The position numbers were made by a program, and so were the translations under genes. From assembly GCA_044345055.1 (NCBI GenBank), contig JBIJBT010000055.1:1-18914 (forward strand): 18,914 bases of DNA, written 5' to 3'. This document shows positions 6,468 through 16,263 of the stretch, in pieces (positions within the stretch are counted from its first letter, which is position 1; each line of letters opens with the position of its first letter). The notes beneath the pieces were generated by a model. That model worked only from the letters and a program-made list of their open reading frames with translations, had not been told where the DNA came from and did not search any database. This stretch comes from Bdellovibrionota bacterium (GTDB lineage Bacteria; Bdellovibrionota_C; UBA2361; OMIW01).

Positions 6468-9293
6468 TTATCGACGGGCATCAGCACTTACCTTAAGCTC
6501 AGCTATTTTTACCGAGAGCTGCCTATACCGTTCCCCACGGGGTTCTACGGTTCCGATCGCCATCAAGCAGTTCTCAGCTTCAGATCCCTTACCCTGCGCG
6601 ATTAAGCATTCACCAAGGGCATACTGCATCTCAAGATCCGAAGAGTGTAGCTCAAGATAATTCTTGATCAGCTGCTCGGTACTATCGAGCTTGTGAAGGT
6701 GATACCCGACATCAATCGCTGCGTAGAGAGCACCTAGATTTTCACGATTAATCGATAGAGAGCGTTCAAAGTAAACCCAAGCCTTTTCCAGGTCAGAGCT
6801 ATTTCGTGCACACAGACCAAGCCCCGCCCACGCTGCGTCGTTCGACTCATCAAGGTCACGAGCTTCACTAAAGAGCTGCTCAGCTTTATCCCAACCACTT
6901 CTAAACGCAGCGAGTGCACCCTGCCCACTCAGCGCCCTGCTCGACTGAGGATTAGATTCGAGCACACTGGAATAGACCTTTTTCGCATTTTCCTCCTCTC
7001 CAGCGAGAGCATGGCTCTCTGCTTTAAGAATCATTATTTTTTCACGCAGCGACCGATCAGGCATTGAGTAATGAAGAAGCTCATCGCACCTCTGAAGTAC
7101 CGTGGTATACTGCTGACGTCGCTTGAGGCCTTCAAGCTCTCCGATTCGACTATCAAGGTCCTTTTTCGCAGGAGGAGCGTCTACTGATAGATCCCCGTCA
7201 TTCCTCATCGCGGCAACAAGTTCCTGAGCACCTCTGTGATTGGGGTCTTCTTTCAGTACCCGTGTAAGCTCCCGTTGAGCATCTGCTTTTCTTCCACCCT
7301 TATATAGCGCTGCAGCGAAGCAGTAACGCATCTCTTTATCGTTAGTGTTAACTGCGAGATGTTTTTCCAGAGCTGTTGTCAGGTCGTCGAAACGGCCGAG
7401 CACGTAGGAACATTCCACTAAATTTATCATCGCAACCAATTGATGTGGTTCAATCGAGAGTGCCTTAACTAGGAGCGGATATGCGACATCGTGCTGCTTT
7501 AGCGCTACTCGACTCATTCCAAGACCAGTGAGTGCTCGAGCATCCTGCGGGTCCTGAGTTAGCACCAGATCAAAGTAAGGAATCGCTTCTAATGACCTCT
7601 GCTGCGCGAGAAGCGTTGTCGCTTTTGAACGAAGAGCACGAAGATGTCGTGGATCCATCGAAAGAACTCTGTCGAGTATTTCGTGAGCCTTGTCGAAGAA
7701 TCCGCCTATCGAAGCTGATTCTGCCTCAGCCAATAAGCCAACTATATCAGACGAAGCTAACGCTGAAGTGCCCACTCTCATCGATGTATTTGAGCCAATA
7801 ATACTGGAGGATAACTTTTCGGATGGCATTGCCGCACTAGTTTGAATTTTTCGATCAATTGATATATCGGTAGTTGATTTTTGTGACGAAAGAGCCGCTC
7901 CATTCGGAATTGACGAAGTTATATCTTCCTGAGCGACACATGCCCGAAATGCAGCGACTAGACTACTATCGCTCGTCGCTTCGATGAGCGCTCGCTCGAG
8001 TACAGTTGCAGCTTCCTTTGTCCGACCAGTCGCCATGAAGAGCGCCCCCTGACCCTTCATCACCCTGATTGATGTTGGTGACATCGCCGCAGCTTGGTCA
8101 AGTAGCTGCTCAGCCACAGCAAATTCACCCTGACGAATGGCTGTTTGACCCCGATCGATCAAAACGTCCAGCTCGTTAGATTCAGAAATTGCGGCGCTCT
8201 TTACACCCTCTCTTGTAACAACGTCTTGATATGCTTGAAGCGTTTTTTCCACTGTTTTTTCCCAAGAATAGCTCATTGCCACATCGACAAGCCCTGGACT
8301 GAACGGAGACTCAAAGGCCTCCATTACCGCCTCTAGTACTGATTCTGGGTCCCAAGGCTGACAGTAAAATGCTTTTCGTCCAAAATAATCGAGCTGGGTT
8401 CCTGAGCTCGTAATAACGATATTTTTTCCGTGAGCGGCTGCTTCAAGAGAAACATGACCAGGTAATTCGAACCAGCTTGGAAGTGCATGTACTCTACATG
8501 CAGCGTACGCAGAAGAGAGCATTTCTGCCGTTATCTGCTCAACGATGATCGTTTTTCCGCGGCGCTTAAAACCACGAACCGCTGCATCATATTCCGGTTG
8601 ATAGGTAAAACCTCCACTTGCAAGAACAACCGTCAAATCTGAATCCTCAAGAGCCTTCAGGAGCATCAGCTGATTCTTTCGGGTTTCGAATCTTCCCACT
8701 GATAGAACAAAATCTTTAACTCCGTACTCTTGAACGAATAGCTCTGGGCCAACCATCGCTCCCACCTCGTGCCCGAGAGGGATGTCGTAAATATGGCGAG
8801 CATCTGGGAAATCTCTCTCAATCGAAGCGGCCTCAGAGGGACCATTCGGAAACAATCCAGAAGCGTGCGAAACGATCCAATCAGCAGCAAAACGTGGGGC
8901 ACGAGTTGCTTTTGAGAGATCTAATATAGTTGTTTCCCACCAGTTCTTGTCCTGCCCGGAGCGTACATAGTCGACAAGGTACTGAGCGACTAGATGTGAT
9001 TGATTATGAAACTCGGGAACATCCTCATAGAGCGTTGTTACAACGTAAGGTACACCCGCTTGGTGAGCTCTTTTTGCAAGTCGTTCTGTGAACTCTGTTG
9101 TCGCTAGGTTATAGAGGTGAACTAGATTAAAGCCCTTTGGGTCGATTGTTCCGGTAACATCCACCGTAACTTCGCATCCTCTAGACAGCAGGCCTGCGCT
9201 TAAACGCTCTATTTGAACTGTGTCTCCACCTCTCTGAGAGAAGGTTCCGGGTCGGTTCTGTATAAGGACCCGAAGTGGTGTTTTTGTTGTCAT
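6468..9293 (-). CDS. GT4 glycosyltransferase fused to a long C-terminal TPR array
   Basis: N-terminal RGGDTVQ, VGRFETRKNQ and PSWFELPGHVSLEAA (EX7E). From about aa 375, many roughly 34-aa TPR-like units (e.g. DPQDARALTGLG, NPQSSRALSGQG, NDAAWAGLG). SD GGGAG 7 nt upstream of the ATG. Confidence 0.9.
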   Translation of the reverse strand: MTTKTPLRVLIQNRPGTFSQRGGDTVQIERLSAGLLSRGCEVTVDVTGTIDPKGFNLVHLYNLATTEFTERLAKRAHQAGVPYVVTTLYEDVPEFHNQSHLVAQYLVDYVRSGQDKNWWETTILDLSKATRAPRFAADWIVSHASGLFPNGPSEAASIERDFPDARHIYDIPLGHEVGAMVGPELFVQEYGVKDFVLSVGRFETRKNQLMLLKALEDSDLTVVLASGGFTYQPEYDAAVRGFKRRGKTIIVEQITAEMLSSAYAACRVHALPSWFELPGHVSLEAAAHGKNIVITSSGTQLDYFGRKAFYCQPWDPESVLEAVMEAFESPFSPGLVDVAMSYSWEKTVEKTLQAYQDVVTREGVKSAAISESNELDVLIDRGQTAIRQGEFAVAEQLLDQAAAMSPTSIRVMKGQGALFMATGRTKEAATVLERALIEATSDSSLVAAFRACVAQEDITSSIPNGAALSSQKSTTDISIDRKIQTSAAMPSEKLSSSIIGSNTSMRVGTSALASSDIVGLLAEAESASIGGFFDKAHEILDRVLSMDPRHLRALRSKATTLLAQQRSLEAIPYFDLVLTQDPQDARALTGLGMSRVALKQHDVAYPLLVKALSIEPHQLVAMINLVECSYVLGRFDDLTTALEKHLAVNTNDKEMRYCFAAALYKGGRKADAQRELTRVLKEDPNHRGAQELVAAMRNDGDLSVDAPPAKKDLDSRIGELEGLKRRQQYTTVLQRCDELLHYSMPDRSLREKIMILKAESHALAGEEENAKKVYSSVLESNPQSSRALSGQGALAAFRSGWDKAEQLFSEARDLDESNDAAWAGLGLCARNSSDLEKAWVYFERSLSINRENLGALYAAIDVGYHLHKLDSTEQLIKNYLELHSSDLEMQYALGECLIAQGKGSEAENCLMAIGTVEPRGERYRQLSVKIAELKVSADARR

Positions 9294-9647
9294 GCGATAT
9301 CTCCCTTCAGATCAGTGCTCTCGACCAGCTGTTTCAAATCTAGAAACTTAGTCCCTTCCCATGGAGTCCGTCATAGGTGTGTCTTCGGCAATATCTAAAC
9401 CGGTACGATTAAAATAACGTATGAGGAGGGAGCCAGCTTTCACCGCTAACTTTAACGGCCTACTCAAAACCGCAACCCCGTCCCCAAAAGTTAGACGTAA
9501 GATACGATTCAAGGGGTTCGGAAAAATTTATTAGCTAATCAGCTAAGTTTGAAAGGAGTGTTAAAGGTAGGGATAATAGACTCTCAAAAATCGTATAATT
9601 CTCGGAATAGGGATGGGTATAGATCGAACGCAGTATTTAAAAAGCCC

Positions 9648-10979
9648 CTAAAATGGAACTGTATCAGCAGGAACCTGAGCCCCGAAAAGGGCGGATTTAC
9701 CCCCTGATAGGTACGCCGCTGAGGCCTCTGGATTCGAAGCTCTGGTAGTTCCGACAAAAAATAGACGGTCCAGTAATCGATCTATGGGCCTATCCTTTTC
9801 ATTTGTATTAATCAAAGGAATAGCGTATTCCCCTGTTTGTCTATTTCGATAACGCAATCCCATTTTAATGAAGTTATAATTCTTCTCAAAAAAACCTCCC
9901 TCATCATCAGAGGTGCGAAGAATGAATTGACCGTAAGGAGAGCCGCTAGTTGAAAAGTAAAAGGACCTCCACCGCCCATCCTTAGACGAGGGTAAGCTTT
10001 TAATTTTTCTGAGGTGACCCGGGCCTAAGAGCTCAATTTGTGTTGCTGCGGAAGATTCTACAAAACCGCTTATCGTCAAATCCCAACGCAATTTGCGACG
10101 GACAATTCGCATTCTCTTTGTATCCTCCTCCCGAATAGAAACTTCGGTCACAATAATATCGGCGACGAATGGAGGAGCAAGGGAATCTCGGTAATCGAGA
10201 GCACCGCTAGTAATGAGAAGAGTTTCGAGGGAAATGTTTCTCCAGACATTAAAGATATCGCGACCAACCTTGTCCCTGATTAGAGATTCAGTCACATCGC
10301 GGTCTATTCGCTTCAGATAAAGCAAGCCTTCTCTAGGAGAAAGACTCCGTATTTCCCGACCCTGAAAGTACTCAAGACCCGCGATGTAATTTCTAACCGC
10401 TAGCCGCGACTCCGCATACTGAGGAGCCAACATCTTAAAGAGTGAATCCGACTCCTTCGATGCTCTCTGAATTGTAGTCAAAACAATCGGTAGCTGAAGA
10501 ATGTCCCAAGAAGGTTTTCCGCTTCGCAGGCCCTGCATTAACACTTTCCGCTGAGCAACCTTATTGCCTCGCAGCGCTTTTAATCCCCTGTCCTTTCGCG
10601 CCGGCGCAAAGATCCTTGCCCAGAAAGATTTCGGTTCATTGTCGTCAAGCTCAGGAATAACCGCTGCTTCAACCCCAGCAGCAGTTAGCTTTTCGTATTC
10701 ACCTGAATCAATTTTTTTAATTACATTATCGAAAGGGTCGCTCTCTTTTTCCTGCCGATTACCGACACGCTGCGCTAACTCTCGAGCCGCAACTACTTTT
10801 GCTGGAGAGTCCTTCACAGGCACTTCTACTGGTGCTTCCTGGTTTTTCTGTTTCGTAGAGGTAACCGAAACCAACTCGGGTAAATAAAGCAGACCGCCTA
10901 CTAAAACTACCAACGATACAAGAACGGCAACACCTTTGATATTTTTCGGAACATCCTTTATTGAGCCTTGGATCGACAC
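9648..10979 (-). CDS. Hypothetical protein with N-terminal membrane anchor
   Basis: 443-aa ORF with GTG start and GGAG upstream. Hydrophobic GVAVLVSLVVLVGGLLYL follows a basic N-terminus. No family recognised. Confidence 0.75.
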   Translation of the reverse strand: MSIQGSIKDVPKNIKGVAVLVSLVVLVGGLLYLPELVSVTSTKQKNQEAPVEVPVKDSPAKVVAARELAQRVGNRQEKESDPFDNVIKKIDSGEYEKLTAAGVEAAVIPELDDNEPKSFWARIFAPARKDRGLKALRGNKVAQRKVLMQGLRSGKPSWDILQLPIVLTTIQRASKESDSLFKMLAPQYAESRLAVRNYIAGLEYFQGREIRSLSPREGLLYLKRIDRDVTESLIRDKVGRDIFNVWRNISLETLLITSGALDYRDSLAPPFVADIIVTEVSIREEDTKRMRIVRRKLRWDLTISGFVESSAATQIELLGPGHLRKIKSLPSSKDGRWRSFYFSTSGSPYGQFILRTSDDEGGFFEKNYNFIKMGLRYRNRQTGEYAIPLINTNEKDRPIDRLLDRLFFVGTTRASNPEASAAYLSGGKSALFGAQVPADTVPF

Positions 10980-11025
10980 GTCTTAATGCTCCGAATAAAT
11001 ACTCAGTTTGGTGTAAAACAACCCC

Positions 11026-12021
11026 TTACGCTTCCCAACGATCCCAGTGATTCCGGGTTCCATCCAAACACCGTGCTCCCATTTGGGTTATGATGCGAGA
11101 TGCCATAAAGCATGCACGGCGGGCCGCTTCCTCGAGCGAATATCCGTGAGTAAGTCCGTAAAGAAGGGCACCTGCGAACATATCGCCAGCACCAGTAGCA
11201 TCAACGGCATCGACGGCTGGAGATGCAACACGTACTTCTTCACCCCCAAAATAGACCCAGGCTCCATCTGCTCCACGAGTAACCGCTACCCCCGGCACCA
11301 TTTCCCGAAGCCGAACGAACGCCTCTTCACATGTTGCCGCCCCTGTTAAGGTTAAAGCCTCAATTTCATTAGCAAACATTAGATCAGCGTCCGCTATCGC
11401 TTCGAGCAAAGCCGCTCGATTTCCCTCGATTACCCACGCCTCCGAACAGGTTAACGCAACCCGAGCGCCCCGTTGCTTTGCCATTTTTACGGCCTTTAGT
11501 GCACCCCGTTGACCGCGCTCGGGATCGGTAAAGGAATAGCCCTCAACAAAAACCCACTCACTTTTCGCCAAAATATCCTCACGGACATGCTCCGGACCCA
11601 ACAACCCAGAGGCCGCAAGGCAGGTTCGCATAGTCCGCTCAGCATCAGGGGTCACCATGGACAAACAGGTCCCAGTTGAACCCTCAGTGACCTGGGTTCC
11701 AGCAAATGTTACCCCCATCGCATCGCATTCATCGACATAAAAACGCCCCCACGCATCGCTTCCAACAACGGCCATAAGGGCTGCGCTACCACCCAGCTGA
11801 GCAAATGCAGCCACCGAATTTGCAACGCTTCCCCCAGTTGCTTTTGTTTCGATATGCCCCCCGAGATTTTCGAGTAAGGACAACTGATCAACCTCTTCCA
11901 CTAACCGCATAGTACCTTTTTCCAGAGCAAAACTATCTAAATGATGGTCCTCTGCACGAACAAAAATATCAACGATAGCATTTCCAAAACCACACAGTCG
12001 GAATGTTCGCTCTTCTGACAT
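11026..12021 (-). CDS. PfkB-family carbohydrate/nucleoside kinase (adenosine kinase-like)
   Basis: GFGNAIVD, GGSVANS, TPDAERTMRT, FANEIEA and DATGAGDMFAGALLYGL (PfkB signature 2). Confidence 0.93.
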   Translation of the reverse strand: MSEERTFRLCGFGNAIVDIFVRAEDHHLDSFALEKGTMRLVEEVDQLSLLENLGGHIETKATGGSVANSVAAFAQLGGSAALMAVVGSDAWGRFYVDECDAMGVTFAGTQVTEGSTGTCLSMVTPDAERTMRTCLAASGLLGPEHVREDILAKSEWVFVEGYSFTDPERGQRGALKAVKMAKQRGARVALTCSEAWVIEGNRAALLEAIADADLMFANEIEALTLTGAATCEEAFVRLREMVPGVAVTRGADGAWVYFGGEEVRVASPAVDAVDATGAGDMFAGALLYGLTHGYSLEEAARRACFMASRIITQMGARCLDGTRNHWDRWEA

Positions 12022-12125
12022 AAAACTCTTCCTATTAACAATAAGTGATTTTCAATCACACAAATTTCTGTGCGTTAAATAATTTAAGAAAACTCAACGA
12101 GATGCGGGGAAAAAGGATATTCGCC

Positions 12126-13442
12126 CTAACCCTTTACGCCGGGCGTTCCATCGAAAAGCTTAGGCAGTCCTGACCAACACTCTGGGTAATCATCCTGACG
12201 CAGATCGGTTTCGGCGGCAAATTTCGTAAGCTGTTGAGGATAGCGAGTCTCAAACATGAATGCCATCGTGTTAGAGAGTTTTATCGGTTTTAGCTCAACA
12301 GCGGAAGCTTTTGCAAATCCAAACGCATCTGGGCCGTGGGGCAGCATCATATTATGAAGGCTCATCCCACCGGGCACAAATCCACGCTCCTTCGCATCGT
12401 AAGTTCCACAGATAAGTCCCATGAACTCAGACATTACATTGCGGTGATACCAAGGAGGACGAAAGGTGTGCTCAGCAACCATCCAGCGAGGTGGAAAAAT
12501 TACGAAATCGACATTCGCTGTCCCAGCGTCCCCTGAAGGTGCGGTTAGCACGGTGAAAATGGAGGGGTCTGGATGGTCAAACAAAATCGCTCCAACCGGA
12601 GAAAAGGTCGAGAGATCATATTTGTATGGTGCATAGTTGCCGTGCCACGCAACAACATCAAGGGGTGAGTGGTTTATTTTTGTCTCGTAAAATCGCCCAC
12701 ACCACTTGACGATAAGACGGGCCGGCTCTTCTTTATCCTCAAAAGCCGCCACGGGACTCTTAAAATCTCGCGGATTTGCCAAACAATTCGCACCAATTGG
12801 ACCCCGTTCAGGCAGAGTGAAGCGAGACCCATAATTTTCGCAAAAATAACCCCGAACAGCCCCCTCGCCCGAAGCACGTGAAATCTGAAAAAACATACCC
12901 CGTGGGATTACCGCAATTTCCCCAGGCGATACCTCGATAAATCCAAGCTCAGTAAAAAGACAGATCGCTCCGTGCTGGGGAACAAAGAGGAGCTCTCCAT
13001 CACCGTTGCAAAAATATTCGTCTGCGCGGTCGCTGTTCCACGAATAAACATGCGCTGCCATACCGACATGGGTCATTGCATCCCCTGCGGTTGTCATGGT
13101 GCGAACACCGCTGATAAACGGCTGTTCTTCTTGCGGCAGTGGAATCGGGTCCCACCGAAGCTGACCGAGTGGCAAACCGTGCTGAACCACATGAGGGGCC
13201 GTCCGCCAAAGTGGAACCTCAATTTCGCTGAACCTCCCCGTATGCCGAACGCTAGGCCGAATACGATACAACCAAGACCGCTCGTTGACCCCTTTCGGCG
13301 CTGTAAAAGCCGTACCCGAGAGCTGCTCGGCATACAGCCCATAATTGCACCGCTGCGGCGAATTTTGGCCAACCGGCAGCGCCCCAACGAGCGCCTCAGT
13401 TTCAAAATCGTTACCAAAACCGGATAAGTATTCTAGTGACAC
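12126..13442 (-). CDS. hmgA: Homogentisate 1,2-dioxygenase
   Basis: [52 protein letters not shown]; iron ligands in YHRNVMSEF and PHGPD. GTG start with GGAG SD. Confidence 0.97.
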   Translation of the reverse strand: MSLEYLSGFGNDFETEALVGALPVGQNSPQRCNYGLYAEQLSGTAFTAPKGVNERSWLYRIRPSVRHTGRFSEIEVPLWRTAPHVVQHGLPLGQLRWDPIPLPQEEQPFISGVRTMTTAGDAMTHVGMAAHVYSWNSDRADEYFCNGDGELLFVPQHGAICLFTELGFIEVSPGEIAVIPRGMFFQISRASGEGAVRGYFCENYGSRFTLPERGPIGANCLANPRDFKSPVAAFEDKEEPARLIVKWCGRFYETKINHSPLDVVAWHGNYAPYKYDLSTFSPVGAILFDHPDPSIFTVLTAPSGDAGTANVDFVIFPPRWMVAEHTFRPPWYHRNVMSEFMGLICGTYDAKERGFVPGGMSLHNMMLPHGPDAFGFAKASAVELKPIKLSNTMAFMFETRYPQQLTKFAAETDLRQDDYPECWSGLPKLFDGTPGVKG

Positions 13443-13656
13443 TGGTTGCTCCAGGAGTTATACGAATCTGGTAGAATTGGCTACTTCACCGGTCCCGCCA
13501 TGTGCGTGGCAAAGGTACACCGATATGGGGGCTGAGGACTAGGGGGGCGTCTGAGGATTTGGAGGATGGCGATGATTTTTGTTACAAACCGGGTTATTAT
13601 CAGTGAATAAATTAGGATTATAGCGGCCAAAAATAGCCCTATGGGAGAGGGTGTAT

Positions 13657-16194
13657 ATGAGTACAACTGATGTCTCAAGCGGATTAAATCCGAAGCAGAA
13701 TAAGAACGCAGCTTCATCCGTTTTTTTGCCCGAAATTCCGACACTGCGGGTGGCCTCAGAGCTGCAGTTGTTATACGCCGTTATTAGCTCTTTTGCGCAG
13801 AAACGCGACGAACTTTTTTTCCCAGGTGGTACTACAAAGAAAGATTCTGATGTTGCGAGCCAGATCGGTCCTCACTTCATTCATCTCCTCTCTAAGGGAG
13901 ACAACCAAGATCTACTGAGCGACGATAATCGGTGCCATCTATTTAGGCTCGGCGTTGGAATTTTGAAATGTTCCGGAATGTGGTCGGCCGCTGAAGCAGC
14001 AGAGAACCAATTTAAAGGACCCGCAGCCCGTGATGATCAATATTCCAAGGATTGGTGGATATCTCAGGATTTGCAAGACGATGCAGCAGTTGATGAGTTA
14101 AAAAAATTACATACTGAACTACTACTTGGAAAAGAACTCAACGCAGACCTCTTAAATTGCAAACAAGCACGGTACCCTGATATCTGGAAGGCCGTGATGA
14201 TTGGATATCTCTGCCTCAAGATTAATCGAAACGGATTTGGGGCGAGGGAGGAGGATGCACTGAGAATTTTAGGTGGAGAACCAGATGCCTTCAGGGCTGT
14301 AATCGACTCTCAATTTAAATACATCGGAGAAAGCTCTCCTGTAGACCCGAAGGGGGTTAGGCTTTTATCGATCAGAAATAATTCTCAACGGGCAGACGTA
14401 GCGAAATATACGGCAGATTTTTTGAAGCAGCACGGTTTGTTTTATTTCGATTCAAATGGCTCAGTATGGGAACTAGGCCTACAAGGCTGGTTCGATAGAC
14501 TCATCAATGGGAAACGAAATCCTATCAATTTATCAAGTCGCTTTCAGGGGTATACCGAAGAGGACATTAAAAAAACTGTTAAGGACCCTCGCATTCAGAA
14601 AATATTAATTGGTCAAATTCGAGCCGCTCACAAGGCTATGATGCAGGGTCCACCAGCGTCCGGTGAAAGGCAGATACTTCCAGGTATTTGGGCTAGCACG
14701 ATAAAGGACGATATTAGTCGGTACTCAGAACAACCCTTGAACCGTCTAGATCTCAGCAATTGCGATCTGTCCAAGGTCGATTTATTCGGCAGACAGTTAG
14801 AGGGTTGCCGCTTCGATGGGACCAATCTTAGAGGAGCAAATTGTCGTGAAACAAAATTTGGAGGATCTCGGTTCTCCGATGCAGACCTTACTGGTGCACT
14901 CCTAAAATCAACAGACCTTAGAGGATGTGATTTATCAACGGCAAACCTATCACACGTGGGCTGGTTGTTTAAACCTCCCATCCTCGATGGATACACAAAG
15001 TTTTTCCCAGATGATTGTAGGACCCCAAGCGATGTCCGAAAACATCTCAATAGGTTTCAGGGATGGGATGAAGAGATGGTCGATGAATTTCTTGAATTAG
15101 CATCGACATACAAACTTAGCCCAACCCAGCGAAGATCTTTTAGACAGCTTAAAGACATTCTCCTAAACCCCAAACAATCCCCTATCCTTCTCGCCACCTC
15201 TGCCGAAATCTTGACCATAACCTCAGCGATCGGAACCACATCCGAAGAAGCTCAAAAAGCTCTCTCTCGGATTAGTCGCCTGACCGACTCTGCAGGAATT
15301 CCTGTCTTACGGGACCACGACTTTAGCAATCAAGATCTCACCAACCGCCCTCTTCGCGGGGCTTTCATGGAAAGAGTCTCCCTGAACGGAGCATCACTCG
15401 CGGGAAAAGATCTTCGCGGTGCAGTGATTTCAAACTCTGATCTAAGAGGAGCAAATCTTAAAGGAGCAGATCTCTCGGGAGCATTGCTTGTTAACGTGGA
15501 TCTAACCGGCGCTGATTTAAGTGAGGTCAATCTCACTGAAACAAAGTTAATTAATTGCTTAATCGATGAGGTCAAGCTCGATCGGGTTAAGATGATTAAC
15601 ACCGAGATGCAGCAGAGCACATTTGCTAACGTGACCATTACTGAGGGAATAATCGAGGACCTAATCGTATGCCAGAGCTACCTTCACGATATCAACTTTG
15701 TAGGCTCTGCCGAGGGATCGGGATTGCTAGTGTCCGGTTTAGCACTCGTTGATTCAGTTGGATTAAATCTGCAATTTTCAGGCAACACCGAGCTAACACA
15801 GCTCCAACTTATGGGCTCTTTGGGGTTAGGGAGCGGCGCCGATGAAGCTGAGCTTATTATCGAGGGAAGCGAGTGGCACGATCAGTTGGTCCAGGTGGTG
15901 ACCGATCCGGATTTGGGAGTACTTGAGCATGGACTCGAGGTAACAAGGGTGCGGACCCGAAATACTAACTCACCGAATCGACCATTACGGAGAAACGGTC
16001 CGGATCAAACCTCTACCGCGTTTCTTGTTCGGATGTTAGTCTCTCGGGGGGGCGATCTGATGGGTAGCTATCCCATTCTAGAGCATCTCGAGCGGCTTAC
16101 GATCGGCTATCAAGCTGGTGAAGTGCAAAGAGATGAAAAGAATCAGATCAGCCCGCAACTAATTCTTCCCGCCAGCTTCACAAGAGGACAATAA
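13657..16194 (+). CDS. Large pentapeptide-repeat-containing protein with unrecognised flanking domains
   Basis: Two A(D/N)Lxx-type repeat blocks (about 14746-14958 and 15307-15700). ATG 13657 preferred over GTG 13651 because GGAGAGG (13644-13650) lies 6 nt upstream. Confidence 0.85.
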   Translation: MSTTDVSSGLNPKQNKNAASSVFLPEIPTLRVASELQLLYAVISSFAQKRDELFFPGGTTKKDSDVASQIGPHFIHLLSKGDNQDLLSDDNRCHLFRLGVGILKCSGMWSAAEAAENQFKGPAARDDQYSKDWWISQDLQDDAAVDELKKLHTELLLGKELNADLLNCKQARYPDIWKAVMIGYLCLKINRNGFGAREEDALRILGGEPDAFRAVIDSQFKYIGESSPVDPKGVRLLSIRNNSQRADVAKYTADFLKQHGLFYFDSNGSVWELGLQGWFDRLINGKRNPINLSSRFQGYTEEDIKKTVKDPRIQKILIGQIRAAHKAMMQGPPASGERQILPGIWASTIKDDISRYSEQPLNRLDLSNCDLSKVDLFGRQLEGCRFDGTNLRGANCRETKFGGSRFSDADLTGALLKSTDLRGCDLSTANLSHVGWLFKPPILDGYTKFFPDDCRTPSDVRKHLNRFQGWDEEMVDEFLELASTYKLSPTQRRSFRQLKDILLNPKQSPILLATSAEILTITSAIGTTSEEAQKALSRISRLTDSAGIPVLRDHDFSNQDLTNRPLRGAFMERVSLNGASLAGKDLRGAVISNSDLRGANLKGADLSGALLVNVDLTGADLSEVNLTETKLINCLIDEVKLDRVKMINTEMQQSTFANVTITEGIIEDLIVCQSYLHDINFVGSAEGSGLLVSGLALVDSVGLNLQFSGNTELTQLQLMGSLGLGSGADEAELIIEGSEWHDQLVQVVTDPDLGVLEHGLEVTRVRTRNTNSPNRPLRRNGPDQTSTAFLVRMLVSRGGDLMGSYPILEHLERLTIGYQAGEVQRDEKNQISPQLILPASFTRGQ

Positions 16195-16263
16195 AGCGAA
16201 AAATTAAGGCGAGAAGAAAATTAGACCCACCTTACTTATTCGATCCAATTCGATAAAAAAGCT

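Noticed and set aside
14628..15638. Antisense ORFs 14628-15050 and 15330-15638 with RSAP repeats
   Set aside because: Shadow frames generated by the pentapeptide-repeat codons on the + strand.
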